A DNA stretch of 64,000 nt from contig CM082577.2 in NCBI GenBank assembly GCA_040954595.2, positions 17,119,903 to 17,183,902 of the forward strand, read 5' to 3'. A program made the translations under genes and the position numbers. The notes under the pieces were generated by a model. It did not search any database and was not told the origin of the DNA. It worked only from the letters and a program-made list of their open reading frames with translations. The stretch comes from Balanoglossus misakiensis (lineage: Eukaryota > Animalia > Hemichordata). This document shows positions 1-13,759 of the stretch, one piece after another (positions within the stretch are counted from its first letter, which is position 1; the number at the start of each line of letters is the position of its first letter).

Positions 1-3000
1 TCACAATATGACAGACACTAGCGTACGTTAGCAACGGTGATCAAGTCAGATTTCTACGGCATGGCTTGGCTAAAGCCCTGGCACTCTAGATCAGAAACAT
101 GCGTACAGAGACCACGTTGATAAACTCACATTTCCTTCGGCCTGGCACGGCTGATGCCCCGGCACTATAGGACACAGACTGGCGTAAGTTAACAACGGTA
201 ATCACGTCGGGTTTCCTTCGGCCTGGGTCAGCTGAAGCCCCGGCACTCTAGAGCAGAAACAGGCGTACATTGACCACGTTGATGAAGTCAGATTTCCTAC
301 GGCCTGGCTCGGCTGATGCCCCGGCACTATAGGACACAGACTGGCGTAAGTAAACAACGGTGATCACGTCGGATTTCCTTCGGACTGGCTCTGCAAAAGA
401 CCCGGCACTCTAGTACAAAGACGTTGCCTAAGTCGGACAAACCGAAGAGGGAAAGTCACAGCGGGCCAACACTCGACATTTGTTCGGGTAGGACTGCATT
501 ATTGCCTGTCAATTTATAGAGAAAGCCCGCATTTAACCAGGGCCTTTCAAACACCGACGTTAGTTGGGGGCACGGCGTGCAGTACTGCCGGGTAAGCAGA
601 CATAAGCATACCGCATATAATGTAGGGGTGGGGGGAAACAGAACGGTTCAACACTACTTTTATGAGATATCAGCTAATTTTGGTCAATCATCTAAAATCT
701 AAATCATTTTTTCTTATTTGGATATCTGATGATGTATGAAATTTCCATTATATGTAAAAATGGTGCTGATTCTAAAAAATGCACTCTGAATGAGCTGATT
801 TAATACAAAATTTCGTTTTATTCATTTTTGCACCAAAAAGGTCATTTTTGGGCAAAACATCCTTTATTTTTTGAATTCGGTGACCCACCATATATAAACA
901 ATTGCTTGTATGTTAAAAGTTTTTATGACTTTTAAAAGCAGTGACACTGGCGGCATTCAAGACGAAAATAACAATTTCAGCCAACATTTGGTCAAAAATG
1001 GTAAATTTTTGAAAATTACAAAAAATAACTGTTTTCTACATTTTCGGAAATCTGATGGAGTAATGAATGCTCTTCGTATGTATGTATCGATACAAATTAC
1101 ACAAAAAGAAGTCTAATTTGGCTCACTGCAGACAAAATTGCGTTTTATCAAATTTTGCTTGAAAATGTCATTTTTAGAAAACAAAATAAAAAAACCTTTG
1201 TTCTTCGAATTTGGTGCCCTGATCATATATGACATGTTGATTGTATGTTAAAAGTTTCGACCACTCCAAAAATGCAGAGATATTGACGGAATTCAAGACA
1301 AAATAGCCATTTTGGTCATATTTTGACAAAAATGGTAATTTTTTAAAAATTCCTAAAAATTATCTCTTTTCTTCGTTTTCAGAAATATTATTGAGCATGA
1401 AGTGTCGTTCTCTTGTAAAAAGTGCTGCAAATTCCAGAAAAGGCGGTATAATTTGAATCACCCAAGACAAAATTACCATTTTCGACTTTTTTTTTCTCGA
1501 AAAATTGTCATTTTTACAAAATAAATAAGAATCAATTCTTTTCTTAGTTTCAAACGGGTAGAGATACTTTCCACACGGGTTTTCTAACATTGAATTCCCG
1601 TTCATCAACTCAGATTTCCTACAGCATAAGTCGGCTAAAACCCTGACACTCTAGAGCAGAAACAGTTGCACACTGGCAACGTTGAACAAGTCAATTTTTC
1701 TACTGCCTGGCTCGGCTATAACTCCGTCACAATATGACAGACACTAGCGTACGTTAGCAACGGTGATCAAGTCAGATTTCTACGGCATGGCTTGGCTAAA
1801 GCCCTGGCACTCTAGATCAGAAACATGCGTACAGAGACCACGTTGATAAACTCACATTTCCTTCGGCCTGGCACGGCTGATGCCCCGGCACTATAGGACA
1901 CAGACTGGCGTAAGTTAACAACGGTAATCACGTCGGGTTTCCTTCGGCCTGGGTCAGCTGAAGCCCCGGCACTCTAGAGCAGAAACAGGCGTACATTGAC
2001 CACGTTGATGAAGTCAGATTTCCTACGGCCTGGCTCGGCTGATGCCCCGGCACTATAGGACACAGACTGGCGTAAGTAAACAACGGTGATCACGTCGGAT
2101 TTCCTTCGGACTGGCTCTGCAAAAGACCCGGCACTCTAGTACAAAGACGTTGCCTAAGTCGGACAAACCGAAGAGGGAAAGTCACAGCGGGCCAACACTC
2201 GACATTTGTTCGGGTAGGACTGCATTATTGCCTGTCAATTTATAGAGAAAGCCCGCATTTAACCAGGGCCTTTCAAACACCGACGTTAGTTGGGGGCACG
2301 GCGTGCAGTACTGCCGGGTAAGCAGACATAAGCATACCGCATATAATGTAGGGGTGGGGGGAAACAGAACGGTTCAACACTACTTTTATGAGATATCAGC
2401 TAATTTTGGTCAATCATCTAAAATCTAAATCATTTTTTCTTATTTGGATATCTGATGATGTATGAAATTTCCATTATATGTAAAAATGGTGCTGATTCTA
2501 AAAAATGCACTCTGAATGAGCTGATTTAATACAAAATTTCGTTTTATTCATTTTTGCACCAAAAAGGTCATTTTTGGGCAAAACATCCTTTATTTTTTGA
2601 ATTCGGTGACCCACCATATATAAACAATTGCTTGTATGTTAAAAGTTTTTATGACTTTTAAAAGCAGTGACACTGGCGGCATTCAAGACGAAAATAACAA
2701 TTTCAGCCAACATTTGGTCAAAAATGGTAAATTTTTGAAAATTACAAAAAATAACTGTTTTCTACATTTTCGGAAATCTGATGGAGTAATGAATGCTCTT
2801 CGTATGTATGTATCGATACAAATTACACAAAAAGAAGTCTAATTTGGCTCACTGCAGACAAAATTGCGTTTTATCAAATTTTGCTTGAAAATGTCATTTT
2901 TAGAAAACAAAATAAACAAACCTTTGTTCTTCGAATTTGGTGCCCTGATAATATATGACATGTTGATTGTATGTTAAAAGTTTCGACCACTCCAAAAATG

Positions 3001-6000
3001 CAGAGATATTGACGGAATTCAAGACAAAATAGCCATTTTGGCCATATTTTGACAAAAATGGTAATTTTTTAAAAAATCGTAAAAATTAACTCTTTTCTTC
3101 ATTTTCAGAAATATTATGGAGCATGAAGTGTCGTTCTCTTGCAAAAAGTGCTGCAAATTCCAGAAAAGGCGTTATAATTTGAATCACCCAAGACAAAATT
3201 ACCATTTTCGACTTTGTTTCGAAAAATTGTCATTTTTACAAAATAAATAAGAATCAATTCTTTCCTTAGTTTCAAACGGGTAGAGATACTTTCCACACGG
3301 GTTTTCTAACATTGAATTCCCGTTCATCAACTCAGATTTCCTACAGCATAAGTCGGCTAAAACCCTGACACTCTAGAGCAGAAACAGTTGCACACTGGCA
3401 ACGTTGAACACGTCAATTTTTCTACTGCCTGGCTCGGCTATATCTCCGTCACAATATGACAGACACTAGCGTACGTTAGCAACGGTGATCAAGTCAGATT
3501 TCTACGGCATGGCTTGGCTAAAGCCCTGCAACACTACATCAGAAACACGCGTACAGAGACCACGTTGATAAACTCACATTTCCTTCGGCCTGGCACGGCT
3601 GATGCCCCGGCACTATAGGACACAGACTGGCGTAAGTTAACAACGGTAATCACGTCGGGTTTCCCTCGGCCTGGGTCAGCTGAAGCCCCGGCACTCTAGA
3701 GCAGAAACAGGCGTACAGAGACCACGTTGATCAACTCACATTTCATTCGGCCTGGCACGGCTGATTCACCGGCACTATATGACACAGACTGGCGTAATTA
3801 AACAACGGTGATCACGTCGGATTTCCTTCGGCCTGGCTCTGCAAAAGGCCCGGCACTCTTGTACAAAGACGCTGGCTAAGTCGGACAAACAATAATAATA
3901 ATGGTTTATTCTCATAATCAAATCAAACAAACATAATGCAAGTGAAAATAACTGAAAATAAATAACTGTTTTGTTTACAATGAGAAAAGGACTGAAAAAT
4001 AGTTGCCATAGGCACTAATCAAGTTCAGTCCCAAAACCGAAGAGGGAAAGTCACAGCGGGCCAACACTCGACATTTGTTCGGGTAGGACTGCATTATTGC
4101 CTGTCAATTTATAGAGAAAGCCCGCATTTAACCATGGCGTTTCAAACACCGACGTTAGTTGGGGGCATGGCCGGCAGTACTGCCGGGTAAGCAGACATCA
4201 GCCTACCGCATATAATGTAGGGGTGGGGGGAAACAGAACGGTTCAACATTACTTTGATGAGATATCAGCTAATTTTGGTCAATCATCTAAAATCTAAATC
4301 ATTTTTTCTTATTTGGATATCTGATGATGTATGAAATTTACATTATATGTAAAAATGGTGCTGATTCTAAAAAATGCACTCTGAATGAGCTGATTTAATA
4401 CATAATTTCGTTTTATTCATCTTTTCACCAAAAAGGTCATTTAGGCAAAACATTCTTTATTTTTTTTATATCAGGTGACCTGATCATATATAAACAATTG
4501 CTTGTATGTTAAAAGTTTTTATGACTTTTAGAAGCAGTGACACTGGCGGCATTCAAGACGAAAATAACAATTTTAGCCAAAATTTGGTCAAAAATGGTAA
4601 ATTTTTGAAAATTACAAAAAATAACTGTTTTCTACATTTTCGGAAATCTGATGGAGTAATGCATGCTCTTCGTATGTATGTATCGATACAAATTACACAC
4701 AAAGAAGTCTAATTTGGCTCACTGCAGACAAAATTGCGTTTTATCAAATTTTGCTTGAAAATGTCATTTTTAGAAAACAAAATAAAAAAACCTTTGTTCT
4801 TCGAATTTGGTGCCCTGATCATATATGACATGTTGATTGTATGTTAAAAGTTTCGACCACTCCAAAAATGCAGAAATATTGACGGAATTCAAGACAAAAT
4901 AGCCATTTGGGCCATATTTTGTCAAAAATGGTAATTTTTTAAAAATTCCTAAAAATTAACTCTTTTCTTCGTTTTCAGAAATATTATTGAGCATGAAGTG
5001 TCGTTCTCTTGTAAAAAGTGCTGCAAATTCCAGAAAAGGCGGTATAATTTGAATCACCCAAGACAAAATTACCATTTTCGACTTTTTTTTTCTCGAAAAA
5101 TTGTCATTTTTACAAAATAAATAAGAATCAATTCTTTTCTTAGTTTCAAACGGGTAGAGATACTTTCCACACGGGTTTTCTAACATTGAATTCCCGTTCA
5201 TCAACTCAGATTTCCAACAGCATAAGTCGGCTAAAACCCTGACACTCTAGAGCAGAAACAGTTGCACACTGGCAACGTTGAACAAGTCAATTTTTCTACT
5301 GCCTGGCTCGGCTATATCTACGTCACAATATGACAGACACTAGCGTACGTTAGCAACGGTGATCAAGTCAGATTTCTACGGCATGGCTTGGCTAAAGCCC
5401 TGGCACTCTAGATCAGAAACACGCGTACAGAGACCACGTTGATCAACTCACATTTCCTTCTGCCTGGCACGGCTGATGCCCCGGCACTATAGGACACAGA
5501 CTGGCGTAAGTTAACAACGGTGATAACGTCGGGTTTCCTACGGCCTGGCTCAGCTGAAGCCGCGCCACTCTAGAGCAGAAACAGGCGTACATTGACCACG
5601 TTGATCAAGTCAGATTTCCTACGGCCTGGCTCGGCTGAAGCCCCGGCACTATATGACACAGACTGGCGTAAGTTATCAACGGTGATTACGTCGGCTTTCC
5701 TTCGGCCTGGCTCTGCAAAAGACCCGGCACTCTAGTACAAAGACATTGGCTAAGTCGGACAAACCGAAGAGGGAAAGTCACAGCGGGCCAACACTCGACA
5801 TTTGTTCGGGTAGGATTGCATTATTGCCTGTCAATTTATAGAGAAAGCCCGCATTTAACCAGGGCCTTTCAAACACCGACGTTAGTTGGGGGCACGGCCT
5901 GCAGTACTGCCGGGTAAGCAGACATCAGCCTACCGCATATAATGTAGGGGTGGGGGGAAACAGAACGGTTCAACACTACTTTTATGAGATATCAGCTAAT

Positions 6001-9000
6001 TTTGGTCAATCATCTAAAATCTAAATCATTTTTTCTTATTTGGATATCTGATGATGTATGAAATTTCCATTATATGTAAAAATGGTGCTGATTCTAAAAA
6101 ATGCACTCTGAATGAGCTGATTTAATACAAAATTTCGTTTTATTCATTTTTGCACCAAAAAGGTCATTTTTGGGCAAAACATTCTTTATTTTTTGAATTC
6201 GGTGATCTGATCATATATAAACAATTGCTTGTATGTTAAAAGTTTTTATGACTTTTAAAAGCAGTGACACTGGCGGCATTCAAGACGAAAATAACAATTT
6301 TAGCCAAAATTTGGTCAAAAATGGTAAATTTTTGAAAATTACAAAAGATAAGTGTTTTCTACATTTTCGGAAATCTGATGGAGTAATGAATGCTCTTCGT
6401 ATGTATGTATCGATACAAATTACACAAAAGAAGTCTAATTTTGCTCCCTGCAGACAAAATTGCGTTTTATCAAATTTTGCTTGAAAATGTCATTTTTAGA
6501 AAACAAAATAAAAAAACCTTTGTTCTTCGAATTTGGTGCCCTGATCATATATGACATGTTGATTGTATGTTAAAAGTTTCGACCACTCCAAAAATGCAGA
6601 AATATTGACGGAATTCAAGACAAAATAGCCATTTTGGCCATATTTTGACAAAAATGGTAATTTTTTAAAAAATCCTAAAAATTAACTCTTTTCTCCATTT
6701 TCAGAAATATTATGGAGCATGAAGTGTCGTTCTCTTGTAAAAAGAGGTGCAAATTCCAGAAAAGGCGGTATAATTTGAATCACCCAAGACAAAATTACCA
6801 TTTTCGACTTTTTTTCGAAAAATTGTCATTTTTACAAAATAAATAAGAATCAATTCTTTTCTTAGTTTCAAACGGGTAGATATACTTTCCACACGGGTTT
6901 TCTAACATTGAATTCCCGTTCATCAACTCAGATTTCCTACAGCATAAGTCGGCTAAAACCCTGACACTCTAGAGCAGAAACAGGCGTACATTGACCACGT
7001 TGATAAAGTCAGATTTCCTACGGCCTGGCTCGGCTGAAGCCCCGGCACTATATGACACAGACTGGCGTAAGTTATCAACGGTGATCACGTCGGATTTACT
7101 ACGGACTGGCTTAGCTGTAGCCCCGGCACTTTAGAGCGGAAACACGCGTACATTGACCGCGATGATCAAGTCAGATCTCCTACGGCCTGGCTCGACTAAA
7201 ACCCCGGCACACCATGATAGACATTAGCGTTCGTTAGCAACGTTGATCAAGTCAGATTTCCTACGGCCTGGCTCAGCTGAAGCCCCGGCACTCTAGAACA
7301 GAAACAGGCGTACAGAGACCACGTTGATAAACTCACATTTCCTTCGGCCTGGCACGGCTGATGCCCCGGCACTATAGGACACAGACTGGCGTAAATTAAC
7401 AACGGTAATCACGTCGGGTTTCCTACGGCCTGGCTCAGCTGAAGCCCCGGCACTCTAGAGTAGAAACCGGCGTACACAGACCACGTTGATCAACTCACAT
7501 TTCCTTCGGCCTTGCACGGCTGATGCCCCGGCACTATAGGACAAAGACTGGCGTAAGTTAACAACGGTGATAACGTCGGGTTTCCTACAGCCTGGCTCAG
7601 CTGAAGCCCCGGCACTCTAGAGCAGAAACAGGCGTACATTAACCACTTTGATCAAGTCAGATTTCCTACGGCCTGGCTCGGCTGAAGCCCTGGCACTATA
7701 TGACACAGACTGGCGTAAGTTATCAACGGTGATTACGTCGGATTTCCTTCGGACTGGCTTAGCTGTAGCCCCGGCACTTTAGAGCGGAAACACGCGTCCA
7801 TTGACCACGATGATCAAGTCAGATCTCCTTCGGCCTAGTTCGACTAAAACCCCGGCACACCATGACAGACACTAGCGATCTTTAGCAACGTTGATCAAGT
7901 CGGTGACCTGATCATATATAAACAATTGCTTGTATGTTAAAAGTTTTTATGACTTTTAAAAGCAGTCACACTGGCGGCATTCAAGACGAAAATAACAATT
8001 TTAGCCAAAATTTGGTCAAAAATGGTAAATTTTTGAAAATTACACAAATTAACCGTTTTCTACATTTTCGGAAATCTGATGGAGTAATGAATGCTCTTCG
8101 TATGTATGTATCGATACAAATTACACAAAAGAAGTCTAATTTGGCTAACTGCAGAGAAAATTGCGTTTTATCAAATTTTGCTTGAAAATGTCATTTTTAG
8201 AAAACAAAATAAAAAAACCTTTGTTCTTCGAATTTGGTGCCCTGATCATATATGACATGTTGATTGTATGTTAAAAGTTTCGACCACTCCAAAAATGCAG
8301 AGATATTGACGGAATTCAAGACAAAATAGCCATTTTGGCCATATTTTGACAAAAATGGTAATTTTTAAAAAAATCCTAAAAATTAACTCTTTTCTTCATT
8401 TTCGGAAATATTATGGAGCATGAAGTGTCGTTCTCTTGTAAAAAGTGCTGCAAATTCCAGAAAAGGCGGTATAATTTGAATCACCCAAGACAAAATTACC
8501 ATTTTCGACTTTTTTTCGAAAAATTGTCATTTTTACAAAATAAATAAGAATCAAATCTTTTCTTAGTTTCAAACGGGTAGAGATACTTTCCACACGGGTT
8601 TTCTAACATTGAATTCCCGTTCATCAACTCAGATTTCCTACAGCATAAGTCGGCTAAAACCCTGACACTCAAGAGCAGAAACAGTTGCACACTGGCAACG
8701 TTGAACAAGTCAATTTTTCTACTGCCTGGCTCGGCTAAATCTCCGTCACAATATGACAGACACTAGCGTACGTTAGCAACGGTGATCAAGTCAGATTTCC
8801 TACGGCATAGCTTTGCTAAAGCCCTGGCACTCTAGAGCAGAAACACGCGTACAGAGACCACGTTGATAAACTCACATTTCCTTCTGCCTGGCACGGCTGA
8901 TGCCCCGGCACTATAGGACACAGACTGGCGTAAGTTAACAACGGTGATAACGTCGGGTTTCCTACGGCCTGGCTCAGCTGAAGCCCCGGCACTCTAGAGT

Positions 9001-12000
9001 AGAAACCGGCGTACACAGACCACGTTGATCAACTCACATTTCCTTCGGCCTTGCACGGCTGATGCCCCGGCACTATAGGACACAGACTGGCGTAAGTTAA
9101 CAACGGTAATCACGTCGGGTTTCCTACGGCCTGGGTCAACTGAAGCCCCGGCACTCTAGAGCAGAAACAGGCGTACAGAGACCACGTTGATCAACTCACA
9201 TTTCCTTCGGCCTGGCACGGCTGATGCCCCGGCACTATAGGACACAGACTGGCGTAAGTTAACAACGGTAATCACGTCGGGTTTCCTACGGCCTGGGTCA
9301 GCTGAAGCCCCGGCACTCTAGATCAGAAACAGGCGTACATTGACCACGTTGATCAAGTCAGATTCCCTACGGCCTGACTCGGCTGGTGCCCCGGCACTAT
9401 ATGACACAGACTGGCGTAAGTAAACAACGGTGATCACGTCGGATTTCCTTCGGCCTGGCTCTGCAAAAGACCCGGCACTCTAGTACAAAGACGTTGGCTA
9501 AGTCGGACAAACCGAAGAGGCAAAGTCACAGCGGGCCAACACTCGACATTTGTTCGGGTAGGACTGCATTATTGCCTGTCAATTTATAGAGAAAGCCCGC
9601 ATTTAACCAGGGCGTTTCAAACACCGACGTTAGTTGGGGGCACGGCCTGCAGTACTGCCGGGTAAGCAGACATCAGCCTACCACATATAATGTAGGGGTG
9701 GGGGGGAAACAGAACGGTTCAACACTACTTTTATGAGATATCAGCTAATTTTGGTCAATCATCTAAAATCTAAATCATTTTTTCTTATTTGGATATCTGA
9801 TGATGTATGAAATTTCCATTATATGTAAAAATGGTGCTGATTCTAAAAAATGCACTCTGAATTAGCTGATTTAATACACAATTTCGTTTTATTCATTTTT
9901 GCACCAAAAAGGTCATTTTTAGGCAAAACATTCTTTATTTTTTGAATTCGGTGACCTGATCATATATAAACAATTGCTTGTATGTTAAAAGTTTTATGAC
10001 TTTTAAAAGCAGTCACACTGGCGGCATTCAAGACGAAAATAACAATTTTAGCCAAAATTTGGTCAAAAATGGTAAATTTTTGAAAATTACACAAATTAAC
10101 CGTTTTCTACATTTTCGGAAATCTGATGGAGTAATGAATGCTCTTCGTATGTATCGATACAAATTACACAAAAGAAGTCTAATTTGGCTAACTGCAGAGA
10201 AAATTGCGTTTTATCAAATTTTGCTTGAAAATGTCATTTTTAGAAAACAAAATAAAAAAACCTTTGTTCTTCGAATTTGGTGCCCTGATCATATATGACA
10301 TGTTGATTGTATGTTAAAAGTTTCGACCACTCCAAAAATGCAGAGATATTGACGGAATTCAAGACAAAATAGCCATTTTGGCCATATTTTGACGAAAATG
10401 GTAATTTTTAAAAAAAATCCTAAAAATTAACTCTTTTCTTCATTTTCGGAAATATTATGGAGCATGAAGTGTCGTTCTCTTGTAAAAAGTGCTGCAAATT
10501 CCAGAAAAGGCGGTATAATTTGAATCACCCAAGACAAAATTACCATTTTCGACTTTTTTTCGAAAAATTGTCATTTTTACAAAATAAATAAGAATCAATT
10601 CTTTTCTTAGTTTCAAACGGGTAGAGATACTTTCCACACGGGTTTTCTAACATTGAATTCCCGTTCATCAACTCAGATTTCCTACAGCATAAGTCGGCTA
10701 AAACCCTGACACTCAAGAGCAGAAACAGTTGCACACTGGCAACGTTGAACAAGTCAATTTTTCTACTGCCTGGCTCGGCTAAATCTCCGTCACAATATGA
10801 CAGACACTAGCGTACGTTAGCAACGGTGATCAAGTCAGATTTCTACGGCATGGCTTGGCTAAAGCCCTGGCACTCTAGATCAGAAACACGCGTACAGAGA
10901 CCACGTTGATAAACTCACATTTCCTTCGGCCTGGCACGGCTGATGGCCCGGCACTATAGGACACAGACTGGCGTAAGTTAACAACGGTAATAACGTCGGG
11001 TTTCCTACGGCCTGGCTCAGCTGAAGCCCCGGCACTCTAGAGCAGAAACAGGCGTACACAGACCACGTTGATCAACTCACATTTCCTTCGGCCTGGCACG
11101 GCTGATGCCCCGGCACTATAGGACACAGACTGGCGTAAGTTAACAACGGTAATCACGTCGGGTTTCCTACGGCGTGGGTCAGCTGAAGCCCCGGCACTCT
11201 AGAGCAGAAACAGGCGTACATTGACCACGTTGATCAAGTCAGATTTCCTACGGCCTGACTCGGCTGGTGCCCCGGCACTATATGACACAGACTGGCGTAA
11301 GTAAACAACGGTGATCACGTCGGATTTCCTTCGGCCTGGCTCTGCAAAAGACCCGGCACTCTAGTACAGTGACGTTGGCTAAGTCGGACAAACAGAAGAG
11401 GGAAAGTCACAGCGGGCCAACACTCGACATTTGTTCGGGTAGGACTGCATTATTGTCTGTCAATGTACAGAGAAAGCCCGCATTTAACCAGGGCGTTTCA
11501 AACACCGACGTAAGTTGGGGGCACGGCCTGCAGTACTGCCGGGTAAGCAGACATCAGCCTACCGCATATAATGTAGGGGTGTATGTAAAAATGGTGCTGA
11601 TTTTAAAAAATGCACTCTGAATGAGCTGATCTAATACAAAATTTCGTTTTATTCATTTTTGCACCAAAAAGGTCATTTTTTGGCAAAACATTCTTTATTT
11701 TTCTTAATTTGGTGACCTGATCATATATAAACAATTGCTTGTATGTTCAAAGTTTTTATGACTTTTAAAAGCAGTGACACTGGCGGCATTCAAGACGAAA
11801 ATAACAATTTTAGCCAAAATTTGGTCAAAAATGGTAATTTTTTGAAAATTACACAAATTAACCGTTTTCTACATTTTCGGAAATATGATGGAGTAATGAA
11901 TGTTCTTCGTATGTATGTATCGATACAAATTACACAAAAGAAGTCTAATTTGGCTAACTGCAGACAAAATTGCGTTTTATCAAATTTTGCTTGAAAATGT

Positions 12001-12469
12001 CATTTTTAGAAAACAAAATAAAAAAACCTTTGTTCTTCAAATTTTGTGCCCTGATCATATATGACATGTTGATTGTATGTTAAAAGTTTCGACCACTCCA
12101 AAAATGCAGAGATATTGACGGAATTCAAGACAAAATAGCCATTTTGACAAAAATGGTAATTTTTTAAAAGATCCTGAAAATTAACTCTTTTCTTCATTTT
12201 CGGAAATATTATGGAGCATGAAGTGTCGTTCTCTTGTAAAAAGTGCTGCAAATTCCAGAAAAGGCAGTATAATTTGAATCACCCAAGACAAAATTACCAT
12301 TTTCGACTTTTTTCGAGAAATTGTCATTTTTACAAAATAAATAAGAATAAATTCTTTTCTTAGTTTCAAACGGGTAGAGATATTTTCCACACTGGTTTTC
12401 TAACATTGAATTCCCGTTCATCAACTCAGATTTCCTACAGCATAAGTCGGCTAAAACCCTGACACTCTA
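1..12469. repeat. Compound macrosatellite array, proximal block (~7 units of 1.7-2.0 kb)
   Basis: The same spurious ORF recurs at 910, 2636, 4506, 6233, 7934, 9978 and 11743 (periods 1726, 1870, 1727, 1701, 2044, 1765). Each unit has a variable number of ~80/81-bp GC-rich subrepeats, a ~250-bp GC-rich segment and a ~950-bp AT-rich segment. Confidence 0.97.
3891..4033 (-). mobile_element. 5'-truncated non-LTR retroelement (LINE/SINE) 3' tail inserted in one satellite unit
   Basis: The 143 bp are absent from sister units. On the minus strand they read GGGACTGAA...TTCAGTCC (stem-loop), then AATAAA, then an (ATT)n tail. AAAC occurs on both flanks as a possible TSD. Confidence 0.7.
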
Positions 12470-13256
12470 AGGTGTGTGAAGTTGGTTACTAGTTCCCGGT
12501 TACTTATTCGCCCCAGCCTGAATAAGGAACTGGGATTTGAAGTTAGTTACTAGTTCCTGGTTCCTTATTCGATTCCCGGTTCCTGGTTACTTATTCGCCC
12601 CAGTCTGAATAAGTAACTGGTTACTAGTTCCTGGTTCCTTGTTTGATTCCCGGTTACTTATTCGCCCAGTCTGATTAAGTAACTGGTTACTAGTTCCTGG
12701 TTCCTTGTTTGATTCCCGGTTACTTATTCGCCCCAGTCTGAATAAGTAACTGGTTACTAGTTCCTGGTTCCTTATTCGATTCCCGGTTACTTATTCGCCC
12801 CAGCCTGAATAAGTAACTGGTTACTAGTTCCTGGTTCCTTATTCGATTCCCGGTTCCCTATTCGCCCCAGTCTGAATAAGGAACTGGTTACTAGTTCCTG
12901 GTTCCTTATTCGATTCCCGGTTCCCTATTCGCCCCAGTCTGAATAAGGAACTGGTTACTAGTTCCTGGCTCCTTATTCGATTCCCGGTTCCCTATACGCC
13001 CCAGTCTGAATAAGGAACTGGTTACTAGTTCCTGGTTCCTTATTCGATTCCCGGTTCCCTATACGCCCCAGTCTGAATAAGTAACTGGTTACTAGTTCCT
13101 GGTTCCTTATTCGATTCCCGGTTACTTATTCGCCCCAGTCTGAATAAGTAACTGGTTACTAGTTCCTGGTTCCTTATTCCGATCGATTCCTGGTTCCCTA
13201 TTCGCCCCAGTCTGAATAAGGAACTGGTTACTAGTTCCTGGTTCCTTATTCGATTC
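12470..13256 (-). repeat. Left terminal inverted repeat: ~12 tandem modules of ~60-67 bp
   Basis: Repeats of GGTTACTAGTTCCTGGTTCCTTATTCGATTCCCGGTTCCCTATTCGCCCCAGTCTGAATAAGGAACT, which is the reverse complement of the 43967-47381 array. Confidence 0.95.
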
Positions 13257-13657
13257 AATCTGAATATGGAGCTAGTTCCCAGTTTCTGATTGCTGATTCT
13301 GTTCTTGATTCAACAGAAAACACTTTAGGCATGTCCGAATATCCTCACAGTTTGGAATTGAATTAAATTAATAATTTTGCATGCTATTTAACAGTGTAAA
13401 GCTGAATCATTAAGCAATATTTAGAATTAATGTGAAATAGGCATAAATACTTTATGTTTAAGGAAAATAACTCCTAGAATGTTTATTAAAATGTAATGTA
13501 ATTTGACATATAGTTAATCCACAAATGATCATGTCTACACGATGTACGTACATGTAGATCTATTAATGCTATTAATGCTAATTTTGGCATCTTTTCATAG
13601 AAATGAAATAAACAGAAGACAAAAAGAGAGAGTTGCAAACAGTCGTGCACAAATGGT

Positions 13658-13759
13658 TGTGTGTGTGTGTGTGTATGTGTGTGTGTTTGTTTGTTTGTTT
13701 GTTTGTGTGTGTGTGTGTGTGTGTGTGCGTGCGCGTGCGTGCGTGTGTGTGTGTGTGTG
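13658..13759. repeat. (GT)n/(GTTT)n microsatellite
   Basis: Directly visible. Confidence 0.95.

Noticed and set aside
225-420. Hammerhead ribozyme in satellite monomers (CTGAAG/CTGATG ... GAAAC)
   Set aside because: The core needs CUGANGA but these read CTGAAGC or CTGATGC, and I could not build convincing stems. An Infernal search with hammerhead models would settle it.
910-12424. Repeated 60-106 aa ORFs (MLKVFMTF..., MESISTRL..., MMNGNSML...)
   Set aside because: These are products of the satellite: indels shift frames freely between copies and no domain is recognisable.
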